Positions 39,153-48,755 are shown, numbered from the stretch's first letter. The stretch is DNA of 64,000 nt from an uncultured Dehalococcoidales bacterium (GCA_964547375.1 CAZJMW010000001.1:2319-66318); one strand, 5' to 3'. Translations and numbers: made by a program. The notes: generated by a model from the letters alone, not told the origin.

Positions 39153-40190
39153 TTAATCAGCAATGAATCCGAAAATAAAACCGGTAATAGTAGCCATGAT
39201 AACAACCAGTCCTACATAAGTGGCGGTTTTCTTGATTCCCATGATACGGCTTAGAGTAATCATCGCGGGAAGTGATAATGACGGGCCGGCCAAAAGCAGC
39301 GCCAGCGCCGGGCCTTTACCCATTCCCAAATCCATAAAAGCCCTGATAATCGGTACTTCCGTCAGCGTGGCAAAGTACATCAACGCACCGAATATCGAAG
39401 CAATAAAATTGCCGGATATAGTGTTACCGCCAACGTATTCGACCACCCATGATTGCGGAATCAGGTATGTCAGGATCCCGGCAATAAAAACACCCAGCAG
39501 CAGCCAGGGAATTATCAGCCTGGTAAAATGAAGGGTTTCCCTTAACCACTGCACGATTTCGCCCTTTTTAAACCATCTCCACAAGATTATCACCAGTATA
39601 ATGACAAATATACCCATTATTATCCAGTTCTTGGAGGCGGCAAAAACCAGTATGCCGATTAATGTTCCGATAAAGGCAACCTGCTGCTGGATGCTCTTGG
39701 CATCGGGATCTTTTTCAAGGTTGGAAAAGACATCGACATCGCTTTTGCTTTTTTCCTTGCGGTAGATGAAAGCCATTATTAAGCCGATAACCACTGAGAA
39801 TATAATGGCGGCGATGATACGGGCAATACCTAAATCCCAACCCAAAAGCTTTGCCGAATATACGATTGCCAGAACGTTGATGGCAGGCCCGGAAAAGAGG
39901 AATGCTATTGCCGGTCCTAAACCGGCTCCCCTTTTAAAAATGCCGGCAAAGAGCGGCAGTACCGTGCATGAACAGACTGCCAGTACCGCTCCGGATACAG
40001 AGGCAATGCTGTAAGATACTACCTTTTTAGCCTTTGCACCGAAGTATTTCAGTATGGCAGCCTGCGAAACGAAGGTCGCAATTGCCCCGGCGATAAACAG
40101 GGCAGGCACGAGGCAGGTTATTACGTGCGCCGAAAGGTATTCCAAAAGCCCGTTCCAACCCGCCTGTAAAAGTTCAATCAATATGGTCAT
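39153..40190 (-). CDS. Permease of the two-repeat PF03773/ArsP-like family
   Basis: 345 aa, about 8-10 TM. The CSCTVLPLF motif is typical of this family, which is commonly paired with the small thioredoxin-fold gene and ArsR. Confidence 0.75.
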   Translation of the reverse strand: MTILIELLQAGWNGLLEYLSAHVITCLVPALFIAGAIATFVSQAAILKYFGAKAKKVVSYSIASVSGAVLAVCSCTVLPLFAGIFKRGAGLGPAIAFLFSGPAINVLAIVYSAKLLGWDLGIARIIAAIIFSVVIGLIMAFIYRKEKSKSDVDVFSNLEKDPDAKSIQQQVAFIGTLIGILVFAASKNWIIMGIFVIILVIILWRWFKKGEIVQWLRETLHFTRLIIPWLLLGVFIAGILTYLIPQSWVVEYVGGNTISGNFIASIFGALMYFATLTEVPIIRAFMDLGMGKGPALALLLAGPSLSLPAMITLSRIMGIKKTATYVGLVVIMATITGFIFGFIAD

Positions 40191-40221
40191 ATATTATTTC
40201 TCACTTGTATTAAATATCAGG

Positions 40222-40578
40222 TCAGGAGCAGGTAGGGCAAACTCTTTTAGATTTTTCCAACCGTGCGATATCCGCTTGGGCTGATTTATTGTTTTCGAGC
40301 GCAGACGAAACTGCCTGAATGATGTAATCCAGGTACTTCTTGTTGTTTCTATTAATGCCTTCTCTATCTATTGAATATATAGTCCACAAGCCTTCTTTTC
40401 GCTGGCTTAAAAATCCGGCATCATATAATATCGAAAGGTTGCGCGAGGCTCTTGTCTGTGATATTTCCAGCGCTTGCATTACCTCGCAGACACAGCATTC
40501 CCTGGCTAATAAAATATTCAAAATCCTGAGGCGGGTAATATCCGATAGTGCCGCTGTCGCTTTAATAAAGTCCTGCAT
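40222..40578 (-). CDS. arsR: ArsR/SmtB family metalloregulator
   Basis: wHTH with CCVCE metal-site motif. Extra C-terminal CPTC. Confidence 0.85.
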   Translation of the reverse strand: MQDFIKATAALSDITRLRILNILLARECCVCEVMQALEISQTRASRNLSILYDAGFLSQRKEGLWTIYSIDREGINRNNKKYLDYIIQAVSSALENNKSAQADIARLEKSKRVCPTCS

Positions 40579-40603
40579 ATTTATACTCCCGGTTAATAAT
40601 TAT

Positions 40604-40623
40604 ATATGCACATATACGCATAT
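40604..40623. promoter_or_regulatory. Candidate ArsR operator (ATATGC-N8-GCATAT)
   Basis: Inverted repeat 26-45 nt upstream of the arsR start, in the divergent arsR/gerW intergenic region. Confidence 0.3.
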
Positions 40624-40800
40624 AATATAGCAACCGGAAATAAATGTCAATAAGCGGTTAATAATCCCAGCGGTCTTTCAAGAAAAATTTAACAAGAAAA
40701 ACAGCTTTATGCGATATTTAAAGTATATTGACATCACCATAAAGCAGGGTATAACCTTTTATATGTGGGTTCTTGAATAAAATTAAAGGAGGAAAAATTC

Positions 40801-41187
40801 ATGGATGATTTAGAGAGTTTGATAAAAACAACCATGGGTGAAATCGAAAGGCTGGTTAATACCAAGACACTGGTCGGCGACCCGATAGTTGTCGGTGATA
40901 ACACCTTGATTCCTTTAATCAGTGTCGGCTTTGGCTTCGGAGCAGGTTCTAACTCCGGTATCAGTACGACTAAACAAAAAGGCGAAATGTCTGGAGCGGG
41001 AAGCGGCGGCGGCGCCGGTATTAAACCTGTTGCCGTAATCGTTGTCAGCAAGGATGAAGTAAAAGTCGAGCCGGTAATGAGCGGAGTATCGGGGGCTATT
41101 GAAAAAGTAACCGAGATGGCACCCAAAGCTATCGAAAAGATCTTCGAGGGCAGGAAAGAAAAGAAAGAAGAAAAGAAGGAAAAGTAA
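40801..41187 (+). CDS. GerW/YtfJ family protein
   Basis: GDPIVVGDNTLIPLISVGFGFGAGS...GGGAGIKPVAVIVV matches the Spore_YtfJ family pattern. Lys/Glu-rich tail. Confidence 0.75.
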   Translation: MDDLESLIKTTMGEIERLVNTKTLVGDPIVVGDNTLIPLISVGFGFGAGSNSGISTTKQKGEMSGAGSGGGAGIKPVAVIVVSKDEVKVEPVMSGVSGAIEKVTEMAPKAIEKIFEGRKEKKEEKKEK

Positions 41188-41760
41188 TTGTGGGCGCTTG
41201 TTGCTCTTGCCTGCCTGGTCGCCCTGATTATCATTCTTCTTTGTATACCTGTCGATATTTTTTTTCGTATTGAACGCTACGAAGAAAGTAAATTCAGCGT
41301 ACATTTTGTCTGGCTGTTCGGGCTTGTTAACAAGGAATTAAAACAGGCTGAAAAGAAACCGGATAAAAAGAAGAGCAGTCATTTTTCGTTTGGTATACTG
41401 AAGGAACTCCCAATTAAGCGATTACTAAAGCAGATAAAGCGGCTCTTAGAGGATATTTCGGGGCTTTTTAACATCAGGAACGTAAATGTGGATATGACGG
41501 CAGGGTTCGATGACCCTGCGGATACGGGTTATCTCTGCGCTGCCGTCTATCCCGTACTTACCTTTTACTCATCTGAAAACTGCCATATCAACTTTAATGC
41601 GTCGTTCGAAGGCAAGTGCATTCTTCAGGGTTTCGCTGCCGGTGAGCTGCGGTTTTTCCCTGTCAGGTTTGTTGTCCCCTTATTAAGGTTTATCTTCTCG
41701 GGTGCTGTGTTCAAATCTATTAGAATTATGATGTCAAAAAGATGGAAAAAGAAGAAATAA
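41188..41760 (+). CDS. DUF2953-like membrane-anchored protein (YtfI-like)
   Basis: GTG start abutting the gerW stop. N-terminal TM helix. The family is typically adjacent to ytfJ. The assignment is from memory of the family and its context. Confidence 0.5.
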   Translation: MWALVALACLVALIIILLCIPVDIFFRIERYEESKFSVHFVWLFGLVNKELKQAEKKPDKKKSSHFSFGILKELPIKRLLKQIKRLLEDISGLFNIRNVNVDMTAGFDDPADTGYLCAAVYPVLTFYSSENCHINFNASFEGKCILQGFAAGELRFFPVRFVVPLLRFIFSGAVFKSIRIMMSKRWKKKK

Positions 41761-41987
41761 TCGTCGATACTCCGGTTGAATTCAACGGGTTGCGAATTAT
41801 ACCTGTAGTTCAGGTTGCCACTCACTGCTATTCAAAAAAGAAAAGAGTATCCGCTTTCTGTTCAAAAAAACCGCTATTTGTAATAATAATCAGGGAATCC
41901 GATATAAAAGCCTTCGATATGGATGGTTCAAGTGTTGATATTGATGAGTTAACCGGTTCGGTGCCGGGGTTGAGGGAAGTGCTGTGA
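41742..41987 (+). CDS. Short GerW-like protein (81 aa)
   Basis: VEFNGLRIIPVVQV resembles the GerW N-terminal strand. Overlaps the previous gene by 19 nt. Confidence 0.4.
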   Translation: MEKEEIIVDTPVEFNGLRIIPVVQVATHCYSKKKRVSAFCSKKPLFVIIIRESDIKAFDMDGSSVDIDELTGSVPGLREVL

Positions 41988-42019
41988 TTAAATAGATAAT
42001 TAATGCGGGAGATTATAAA

Positions 42020-42337
42020 ATGCAAATGTTTTTATTCTGTACCAATGTATTCTTCTTCCTCGTTACACTTGTTTTTGCTCTATACGCTATTGGTTACGCT
42101 GAAGGGGGCAATTCAATAGCAGAAGCTTTAAAATGGATAGAAAAACTTTGGTGGTTAGCTAGCATAGCTCTAGCGGCGGGGATAGGTTTTGGTATTAATG
42201 ATATTGTTAGCAAGCGCAGGGCAAAAGATTTTCATAAGCGAAATTTATTAGAACGCTTACCAAGTGAGGATATTATCATAGAATTTGCGCAGGCTATACA
42301 AGACTTAAGAGTGGATTTAAATAAAAGGAATCAATAA
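42020..42337 (+). CDS. Two-TM membrane protein, hypothetical (AT-rich islet)
   Basis: 105 aa with two hydrophobic helices and a basic C-terminal tail. Confidence 0.45.
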   Translation: MQMFLFCTNVFFFLVTLVFALYAIGYAEGGNSIAEALKWIEKLWWLASIALAAGIGFGINDIVSKRRAKDFHKRNLLERLPSEDIIIEFAQAIQDLRVDLNKRNQ

Positions 42338-42420
42338 TATTGTGCAAAGAGGGGTTAATTACCATGTGTCATCTTTAAGTATATTGGAAAAATAAGTAGA
42401 ATTTATTAGGATTATAAGTT

Positions 42421-42777
42421 ATGGCAAAATCCGATTATAATAATGATAACTCAGACTCTATACCAAAGTTTTGTAGAACGTGTACTCGATATTTAAATGA
42501 CGTATTGCCAAAACCATCATGCTATAATTATTGTCCAAAAAACGATCCTATAAAGGAAATTGAGTATAGTCTTAACAACAATCAGGAATCAATTTTAAAA
42601 ATATGCCCAAAGTGTCAAAAGAAAACACTTTTTTGGAATAAGTTTCAGTTATTGTATGAGTGTTTAATATGTAAGAGAAACTTCTCTGTCGATACTTTAC
42701 GGCTAGCGTATATTAATGCTGCAAATGATAAAAATTCGACGGGCTATTTAGAAGCTGGTGATGGGTATGATGCATAG
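42421..42777 (+). CDS. Cys-rich zinc-ribbon protein, hypothetical (AT-rich islet)
   Basis: CRTC...C..YC and CPKCQ...CLIC motifs. Confidence 0.45.
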   Translation: MAKSDYNNDNSDSIPKFCRTCTRYLNDVLPKPSCYNYCPKNDPIKEIEYSLNNNQESILKICPKCQKKTLFWNKFQLLYECLICKRNFSVDTLRLAYINAANDKNSTGYLEAGDGYDA

Positions 42778-42798
42778 CTTTATTTAATATTTGATAAT

Positions 42799-43194
42799 TT
42801 ACATACCATAAAATTTGTTGAATAGTCTTCCGCCGGGTTGCCAATCAATTTCAGTTTGTTGATTGTATTTCCATATTTTCTTCTTAACTCCTTTAAGTTT
42901 TAATATATCCCAAACGTCGTCTATGTCGGAATCCATACAGTAAATCATCAATCCCCAAGACTTATAAATACCGGGAACAGGTGCGCCATACTTCAGAGAT
43001 ATTATTTTTCCTTTTGTTAAATATTTACCTAATTTATTAGCTAGGGGAATAATCTGCTGTTCATTCCCAAATACCATGAGTTTTCCACCATGTTCTTCCC
43101 ATCCTGATGGTAACTCATAATCAGTATTAGGTTCTATATAAGTCCAATAGTCACCTTTCGTTATTATCGGTTTAGAAGATGTCCCTTTTTTCAT
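42799..43194 (-). CDS. Hypothetical protein, possibly DUF1917/UPF0696-like
   Basis: 131 aa. The pattern GKLMVF...KGKIISLKYG...GLMIYCMDSDIDDVWDIL...WKYNQQT recalls that family. The assignment is weak. Confidence 0.4.
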   Translation of the reverse strand: MKKGTSSKPIITKGDYWTYIEPNTDYELPSGWEEHGGKLMVFGNEQQIIPLANKLGKYLTKGKIISLKYGAPVPGIYKSWGLMIYCMDSDIDDVWDILKLKGVKKKIWKYNQQTEIDWQPGGRLFNKFYGM

Positions 43195-43328
43195 TTTATA
43201 ACCTCATGTTATGACATAAATCTAATACTGCTAAAGTCGAATGTCAATGAACAGTGAATAAAGAATAATAAATAATATTAAATAGGTGTATTCTCTTATC
43301 CCAATCGTTAAAATGACCTCACCAGCCC

Positions 43329-45557
43329 ATGCGTGCTATAATTAACGCACTTATGGATATACTTTCCGCATTAAACCCCGAACAAAGAAAAGCCGTCGAA
43401 GCCATTAACGGGCCTGTGCTTATTATTGCCGGACCCGGCAGCGGCAAGACGCGTGTAATCACACATCGCATTGCCTATCTTATCCGCGTTTGCGGAGTAA
43501 GCCCGCACCGCATTATGGCGGTTACCTTTACCAACAAGGCAGCCAAGGAGATGGTGATGCGCCTGAATAACCTTATCAGCGCAGCGGTAAAAGACCTCAC
43601 CATCGGCACCTTTCACGCTATCTGTGTACGTATATTACGACAGGATGGAGAAATTATCGGTGTCGAAAAGGGTTTTGTTATTTATGATAACGACGACCAG
43701 ATCAGCCTGATAAAGAAGTGCTTCCAGTCGTTAAATCTCGACCCCAAGCAGTACTCCGCTTCCACCATTCTTTCACATATCAGCAATGCCAAGAGCCGCA
43801 TGTTAACTCCCGAAACGTATATACAGCAGGGAGGCAGCTATTTCGAAGAGGTGGTCGGACGCGTTTATGAAAAGTATCAGCAGATGCTTGAAAAAAGCAA
43901 TGCGCTCGATTTCGACGACCTCTTGATGAAAACGGTAAAGCTGTTTAAAAAGCACCCGGATATCCTGGAAAAATACCGTTCGCGCTACCTGCATGTAATG
44001 GTGGATGAATTTCAGGACACCAACCAGGTGCAGTATCAATTGGTAAAACTGCTGGCGGGGGGATACCGCAATATCTGTGTCGTAGGAGACCCCGACCAAT
44101 CGATATATTCATGGCGCTCGGCGGATGTGCGCAATATCCTCGATTTCGAAAAGGATTTTCCTGATGCCAAAACGGTTATGCTTGAGCAGAATTACCGCTC
44201 CACCAAGAATATCCTGGCAACGGCTTCATCGGTAATATCCACCAACAGTCAGCGCAAGAAAACCGAACTGTGGACGGATAATGAGCCTGGCGGCAAAATC
44301 GAGGTAATCGAGACCTTTACCCAGCAGGAAGAGGCTCAATTCGTTGTACGCGAAGTCGAGAGACTACTAAAAACAGGTGAAGCAAAGCTTTCGGATTGTG
44401 CTGTGATGTATCGTACCAATGCCCAGTCCCGCGCCTTGGAAGAGGCGTTTATCCGTTATGGTACTCCTTACAAGCTGGTAGCAGGCACCCGTTTCTATGA
44501 AAGACGTGAAATCAAGGATATCATCGCCTACCTGAAACTGATTCACAATCCGCGCGATACCGTCAGCCTGTTGAGAGTAATCAATGTCCCGCAGCGCGGT
44601 ATCGGCGACCGCACTGTCAGCCTGCTTACGGAATGGGCGTCATCTATAAATATCTCCCAGTATCAGGCTTTAAAATCGCTTGCTACTTCGCAGGATTTTA
44701 GCAATACTCCCTTCAATGCCCGCAGCGCGCGCCTGCTAATCGAATTTTACAATATGATAGACGAACTGGAAAAAATGAGCCATGAATTAAAACCGGATGA
44801 GCTTTTCGACCGTGTCGTTGACAAGACAGGTTACAAGGCCTATATAAAGAGCTTGACCGATGATGAAGACCGCTGGGATAACATACTGGAACTGCGCACC
44901 GTTGCCAAGCAGTATGCCGATTTCGAGCCGGAAGAGGCGCTCTCCGCCTTACTCGAAGGTGTGGCGCTGGTATCGGATGTCGATGGACTGGATGATGTTG
45001 TGGATGCGGTAACGCTGATAACTCTGCATCAGGCTAAAGGACTGGAGTACCCGGTCGTTTTTATGGTGGGCATGGAGGAAGGAATCCTGCCTCATATCCG
45101 CTCTTTTGACGACCCTGCCCAGATGGAAGAAGAAAGGCGCTTATGCTATGTCGGCATCACGCGTGCCAAGAAGAAGGTTTACCTGGTGAGAGCATTCCGC
45201 CGCAACCTGATGGGTAACAGTACGGTAAACAGTCCATCCCGATTTTTAAAGGATATCCCGTCGAACCTGGTAAAAAACAGCGGCAATGGTTTCGGTCAGA
45301 ATCAATACCATGAAGACAGACCGGCAAAAAGCGATATGTACGCCTGGGAAAGAAACATACCTGCTCCTGTTGCCGCTCCTGCCGGTAGTCTACCCGATTT
45401 GAAAGCCGGGGATAGGGTAAAACATGCCCAGTTCGGGCAGGGCACCGTTATAAGCTGCAAACCGTCGAAAAACGATAGTGAGGTCGTAATCGCATTTCCC
45501 GATATCGGTATTAAACGGCTGCTTTTAAGCTTTGCCAAACTGGAGAAGGTGGAGTAA
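43329..45557 (+). CDS. pcrA: ATP-dependent DNA helicase PcrA/UvrD
   Basis: SF1 motifs AGPGSGKT, VDEFQDTN, YRS, and VTLITLHQAKGLEYPVVF. C-terminal Tudor-like tail. Confidence 0.95.
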   Translation: MRAIINALMDILSALNPEQRKAVEAINGPVLIIAGPGSGKTRVITHRIAYLIRVCGVSPHRIMAVTFTNKAAKEMVMRLNNLISAAVKDLTIGTFHAICVRILRQDGEIIGVEKGFVIYDNDDQISLIKKCFQSLNLDPKQYSASTILSHISNAKSRMLTPETYIQQGGSYFEEVVGRVYEKYQQMLEKSNALDFDDLLMKTVKLFKKHPDILEKYRSRYLHVMVDEFQDTNQVQYQLVKLLAGGYRNICVVGDPDQSIYSWRSADVRNILDFEKDFPDAKTVMLEQNYRSTKNILATASSVISTNSQRKKTELWTDNEPGGKIEVIETFTQQEEAQFVVREVERLLKTGEAKLSDCAVMYRTNAQSRALEEAFIRYGTPYKLVAGTRFYERREIKDIIAYLKLIHNPRDTVSLLRVINVPQRGIGDRTVSLLTEWASSINISQYQALKSLATSQDFSNTPFNARSARLLIEFYNMIDELEKMSHELKPDELFDRVVDKTGYKAYIKSLTDDEDRWDNILELRTVAKQYADFEPEEALSALLEGVALVSDVDGLDDVVDAVTLITLHQAKGLEYPVVFMVGMEEGILPHIRSFDDPAQMEEERRLCYVGITRAKKKVYLVRAFRRNLMGNSTVNSPSRFLKDIPSNLVKNSGNGFGQNQYHEDRPAKSDMYAWERNIPAPVAAPAGSLPDLKAGDRVKHAQFGQGTVISCKPSKNDSEVVIAFPDIGIKRLLLSFAKLEKVE

Positions 45558-45570
45558 TTATGATAGGTTT

Positions 45571-45693
45571 CTATTTCCGTTGTAATCCTTCGACAGGCTC
45601 ATCCCGAGTCTGGGACAGGTGACGAACGGAAATAGACATAACCTAAATCGCTTGTGGTCTTGTCCCATTGCAAAACGGGATGAGCTTGTCGAA
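45571..45693. repeat. Nested inverted repeats in the pcrA-mutL spacer
   Basis: CTATTTCCGTT (45571) / AACGGAAATAG (45625). TTCGACAGGCTCATCCC (45589) / GGGATGAGCTTGTCGAA (45677). The core CCCGAGTCTGGG is related to the other hairpin modules. Confidence 0.65.
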
Positions 45694-45734
45694 TCATAGC
45701 GGCATCATATGCGGTTAACAGGGAGTATTTTATT

Positions 45735-47438
45735 ATGGCCATAGAGGTATTAAAAAACGAGGTCATCAATAAAATAGCCGCCGGAGAGGTGGTTGAAAGA
45801 GCTTCCTCAGTTGTTAAGGAACTGGTAGAGAACTCCCTAGATGCCCGTTCTACCCAGATAACCGTTGAAATTGCCGGCGGCGGTCTTGCACTTGTTAGCG
45901 TAACGGATAACGGTAGCGGTATCCCGTCTGATGAAATCGAGCTGGCTTTCAAAAGGCATGCTACCAGCAAGATATCCACCTTCGAGGATTTATCAGAAAG
46001 TCATAGCCTGGGTTTTCGCGGAGAAGCATTGCCCAGTATTGCTTCTGTTTCTGATGTTGAAATCACTTCCTTTAATATCAATGACAATTCTGGTATTTAT
46101 GCCGAGCTTGAAAAGGGAATCGTTATTAAACAGCAGAAACAGGCCCGCTCACAGGGAACTACGATAGCGGTCAAGAACCTTTTTCGCAATGTGCCTGCCA
46201 GGTTGAAGTTCATCAAATCGAAAACAACAGAAAACAGCCATATCGCCAATGTCGTCAGCCAGTATGCCTTAGCATTCCCTGAGGTGCGTTTTGCTCTTTT
46301 TATCGACGGACGCGAGAGCCTTAAAACGCCGGGCACGGGAAATCTGGTAGACAGCATTAATTCTGTCTACGGTATCGAAATTGCTTCCAATATGCTGCCT
46401 ATAAATAATAGTCAGGATTTCACTGCCGATGAAAAAGGTATCAAAATAAGCGGCATGGTGGCATCCCCCAGGGTCAGCCGTTCCAATCGTAACTATATCA
46501 GCCTCTTCGTTAACCGTCGCTGGGTTGCTAACCGCAACCTGGTCTGGGCAGTCGAGGAAGCCTATCACGGTTTACTGATGACGGGTAAGCATCCGGTGGC
46601 TGTTATCAATATAGAAGTACCGCTTGCCGATGTGGATGCCAACGTCCATCCGACAAAAACAGAGGTGCGCTTCAAAGAGGAAGGCAATGTTTATTTAGCG
46701 CTGCAAAGGGCTGTGCGGCAGGCGCTGGTAAACACTGCGCCGGTTCCGAAAGTGGAGGAAATTACCGCTTCCTATCGCGGACAGTCACAGATAATTGTTC
46801 CTCCGGAACAGAGACATATGGACATGAAAATTGTTTTCGAAGAAGTGCTGGGGACACCGGTTGTCTCGTCGCTGCCGGTGCTGCGGGTGCTGGGGCAATC
46901 AATGAACAGCTATATTGTCGCTGAAGGGCCGGATGGAATTTATATCATAGACCAGCATGCGGCGCATGAGCGCATCATGTTCGAAAAGATATCGAAGCAA
47001 AAGGAACAGCAGGGAGTAGAAGTACAAGGACTGCTGGAGCCGGTAAGTATCGAGGTTTTGCCTGTACAGGATGAAATCCTTAGCAAAAACTATAAATACC
47101 TGGCAGAATTCGGATTTACAATCGAACCTTTCGGCAACAGGAATTATTTAGTCAGAGCTGTCCCCTCGATAATGTATAAAAAAGACTGGCAAGCGGCTTT
47201 GAACGAACTTATCGACAAATTGTCTGTTAAAGACAAAGCAGATATAACTGAGCATATTATTGCTACCATGGCATGCCACAGCGCAGTCAGGTTCGGGCAG
47301 AGCTTGTCACATGATGAAATGCGCGAACTGGTAAGGCAGATGGAACAGGCCGACCTGCCGCATGCCTGCCCGCACGGCCGCACTACCATGATTCACATCA
47401 CAAAAAAACAGCTGGAAAAAGAATTCGGCCGGGTTTAA
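45735..47438 (+). CDS. mutL: DNA mismatch repair protein MutL
   Basis: GHKL ATPase N-terminus (INKIAAGEVVERASSVVKELVENSLDA, DNGSGI). C-terminal endonuclease motif region and CPHGRT. Confidence 0.95.
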   Translation: MAIEVLKNEVINKIAAGEVVERASSVVKELVENSLDARSTQITVEIAGGGLALVSVTDNGSGIPSDEIELAFKRHATSKISTFEDLSESHSLGFRGEALPSIASVSDVEITSFNINDNSGIYAELEKGIVIKQQKQARSQGTTIAVKNLFRNVPARLKFIKSKTTENSHIANVVSQYALAFPEVRFALFIDGRESLKTPGTGNLVDSINSVYGIEIASNMLPINNSQDFTADEKGIKISGMVASPRVSRSNRNYISLFVNRRWVANRNLVWAVEEAYHGLLMTGKHPVAVINIEVPLADVDANVHPTKTEVRFKEEGNVYLALQRAVRQALVNTAPVPKVEEITASYRGQSQIIVPPEQRHMDMKIVFEEVLGTPVVSSLPVLRVLGQSMNSYIVAEGPDGIYIIDQHAAHERIMFEKISKQKEQQGVEVQGLLEPVSIEVLPVQDEILSKNYKYLAEFGFTIEPFGNRNYLVRAVPSIMYKKDWQAALNELIDKLSVKDKADITEHIIATMACHSAVRFGQSLSHDEMRELVRQMEQADLPHACPHGRTTMIHITKKQLEKEFGRV

Positions 47439-47483
47439 CAGATAGTTTAACTATAAAATCATTAATTAGTCTTCGTTTTCGAC

Positions 47484-48056
47484 TTATTTTGCAGGTTGAC
47501 TGCTTGAACCGAGTTTTACCAGTGGAATTCCGGCGGCGCACAGAGGGCAGGTTTCCGGTTTGTAGGTGATTGTTTTTGAACGCAGGCAACTGAATAGAGG
47601 TGCGCCGAAATCGTGTTCCTGCTCGGAACGGTCAACCAGAACACCGATACCTGCCACAACTCCATCCTGTTCTCGTACCAAATCCAAAACTTCACGCAGA
47701 GATTTCCCGGTAGTCAGAATGTCGTCAACAACCAGCACCCGTTCCCCCGGATTAACACCGAAACCACGTTTGAATGCCCTTTTATCGCCCTCTTTTTCAG
47801 CGAACAGGCTTCGAACATTTAGTTGCCTGCCCACTTCGTGAGCCAGGATTATGCCCCCGGTGGTAGGTCCGGCAACAATCTCGATGCCGGATTCTAAGAA
47901 ATGCTGACTGATAAGATTGCAAAGCTGTTCAGTGTAACGGGGATGCTGTAAAACGTGAAATTTCTCCCAGTAAACAGGTGAGTGCAGCCCTGAAGTCAGC
48001 AGAAAATGGCCTTCAAGTACGGCGCCGGCTTTTTTGAATATTTCTTCTGTATTCAT
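47484..48056 (-). CDS. pyrE: Orotate phosphoribosyltransferase
   Basis: PRPP-binding motif VLVVDDILTTGKS. 190 aa. Confidence 0.9.
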   Translation of the reverse strand: MNTEEIFKKAGAVLEGHFLLTSGLHSPVYWEKFHVLQHPRYTEQLCNLISQHFLESGIEIVAGPTTGGIILAHEVGRQLNVRSLFAEKEGDKRAFKRGFGVNPGERVLVVDDILTTGKSLREVLDLVREQDGVVAGIGVLVDRSEQEHDFGAPLFSCLRSKTITYKPETCPLCAAGIPLVKLGSSSQPAK

Positions 48057-48060
48057 AGCT

Positions 48061-48639
48061 CTATTTAAATGAATAATTTAATACCAATCCGAAATCCGAT
48101 AGCGGAGAGTAGGAAAACCAGGCCTTGCCGACAATATCGGAACGCGCAACAAACCAGCCGTAATGCGAATCGCCGCTGTTATTGCGGTTGTCTCCAAGGA
48201 CAAAGTACTGATTTTCGGGTATCACATCGCTGGTATAGGTATAATCGGGGCTATCGGCAATATAAGTCGATTCATCCAGCGCAATTATATTGCCATCAGC
48301 CTGGTGAATATAAACCGTGCCGTTTTTTATCTCAACGTACTCTCCGGGAAGCCCGATAACTCTCTTGATATAATCGTTTTCCGAAAATACGGGCGGGTCG
48401 AAAATAATGATGTCCCCCCTGTCGGGTTCCGAAAACAAATAGGCAACCTTATTAACCAGTATCTTTTGCCCGTGGCTGAGGTTGGGCTCCATACTGGAAC
48501 CGTCCACTATGGCCTTGGTGGCGAACGCCTGTACCAGCAGAAAGATGGCAACCGCCAGTGCCAGAATTCCTACAAACTCGAGCAGCAGATTTTTTACATT
48601 ATCGGTATTAAACAAATTATTTTCCAAGTTACTCAGCAT
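48061..48639 (-). CDS. lepB: Signal peptidase I
   Basis: N-terminal TM helix. GSSMEPNL (catalytic Ser), the Lys box RVIGLPGE, and GDNRNNSGDSH. Confidence 0.9.
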   Translation of the reverse strand: MLSNLENNLFNTDNVKNLLLEFVGILALAVAIFLLVQAFATKAIVDGSSMEPNLSHGQKILVNKVAYLFSEPDRGDIIIFDPPVFSENDYIKRVIGLPGEYVEIKNGTVYIHQADGNIIALDESTYIADSPDYTYTSDVIPENQYFVLGDNRNNSGDSHYGWFVARSDIVGKAWFSYSPLSDFGLVLNYSFK

Positions 48640-48755
48640 TATAAACTATTTACCCTGGCTTGCCAAACAGAAACAGCAGGTTTTACAGTTAGTTCTCTAT
48701 AGAAGTATAATTGAGCGGTTATATCATATTTAAGTAATATAAAAGGAGAAAAACA

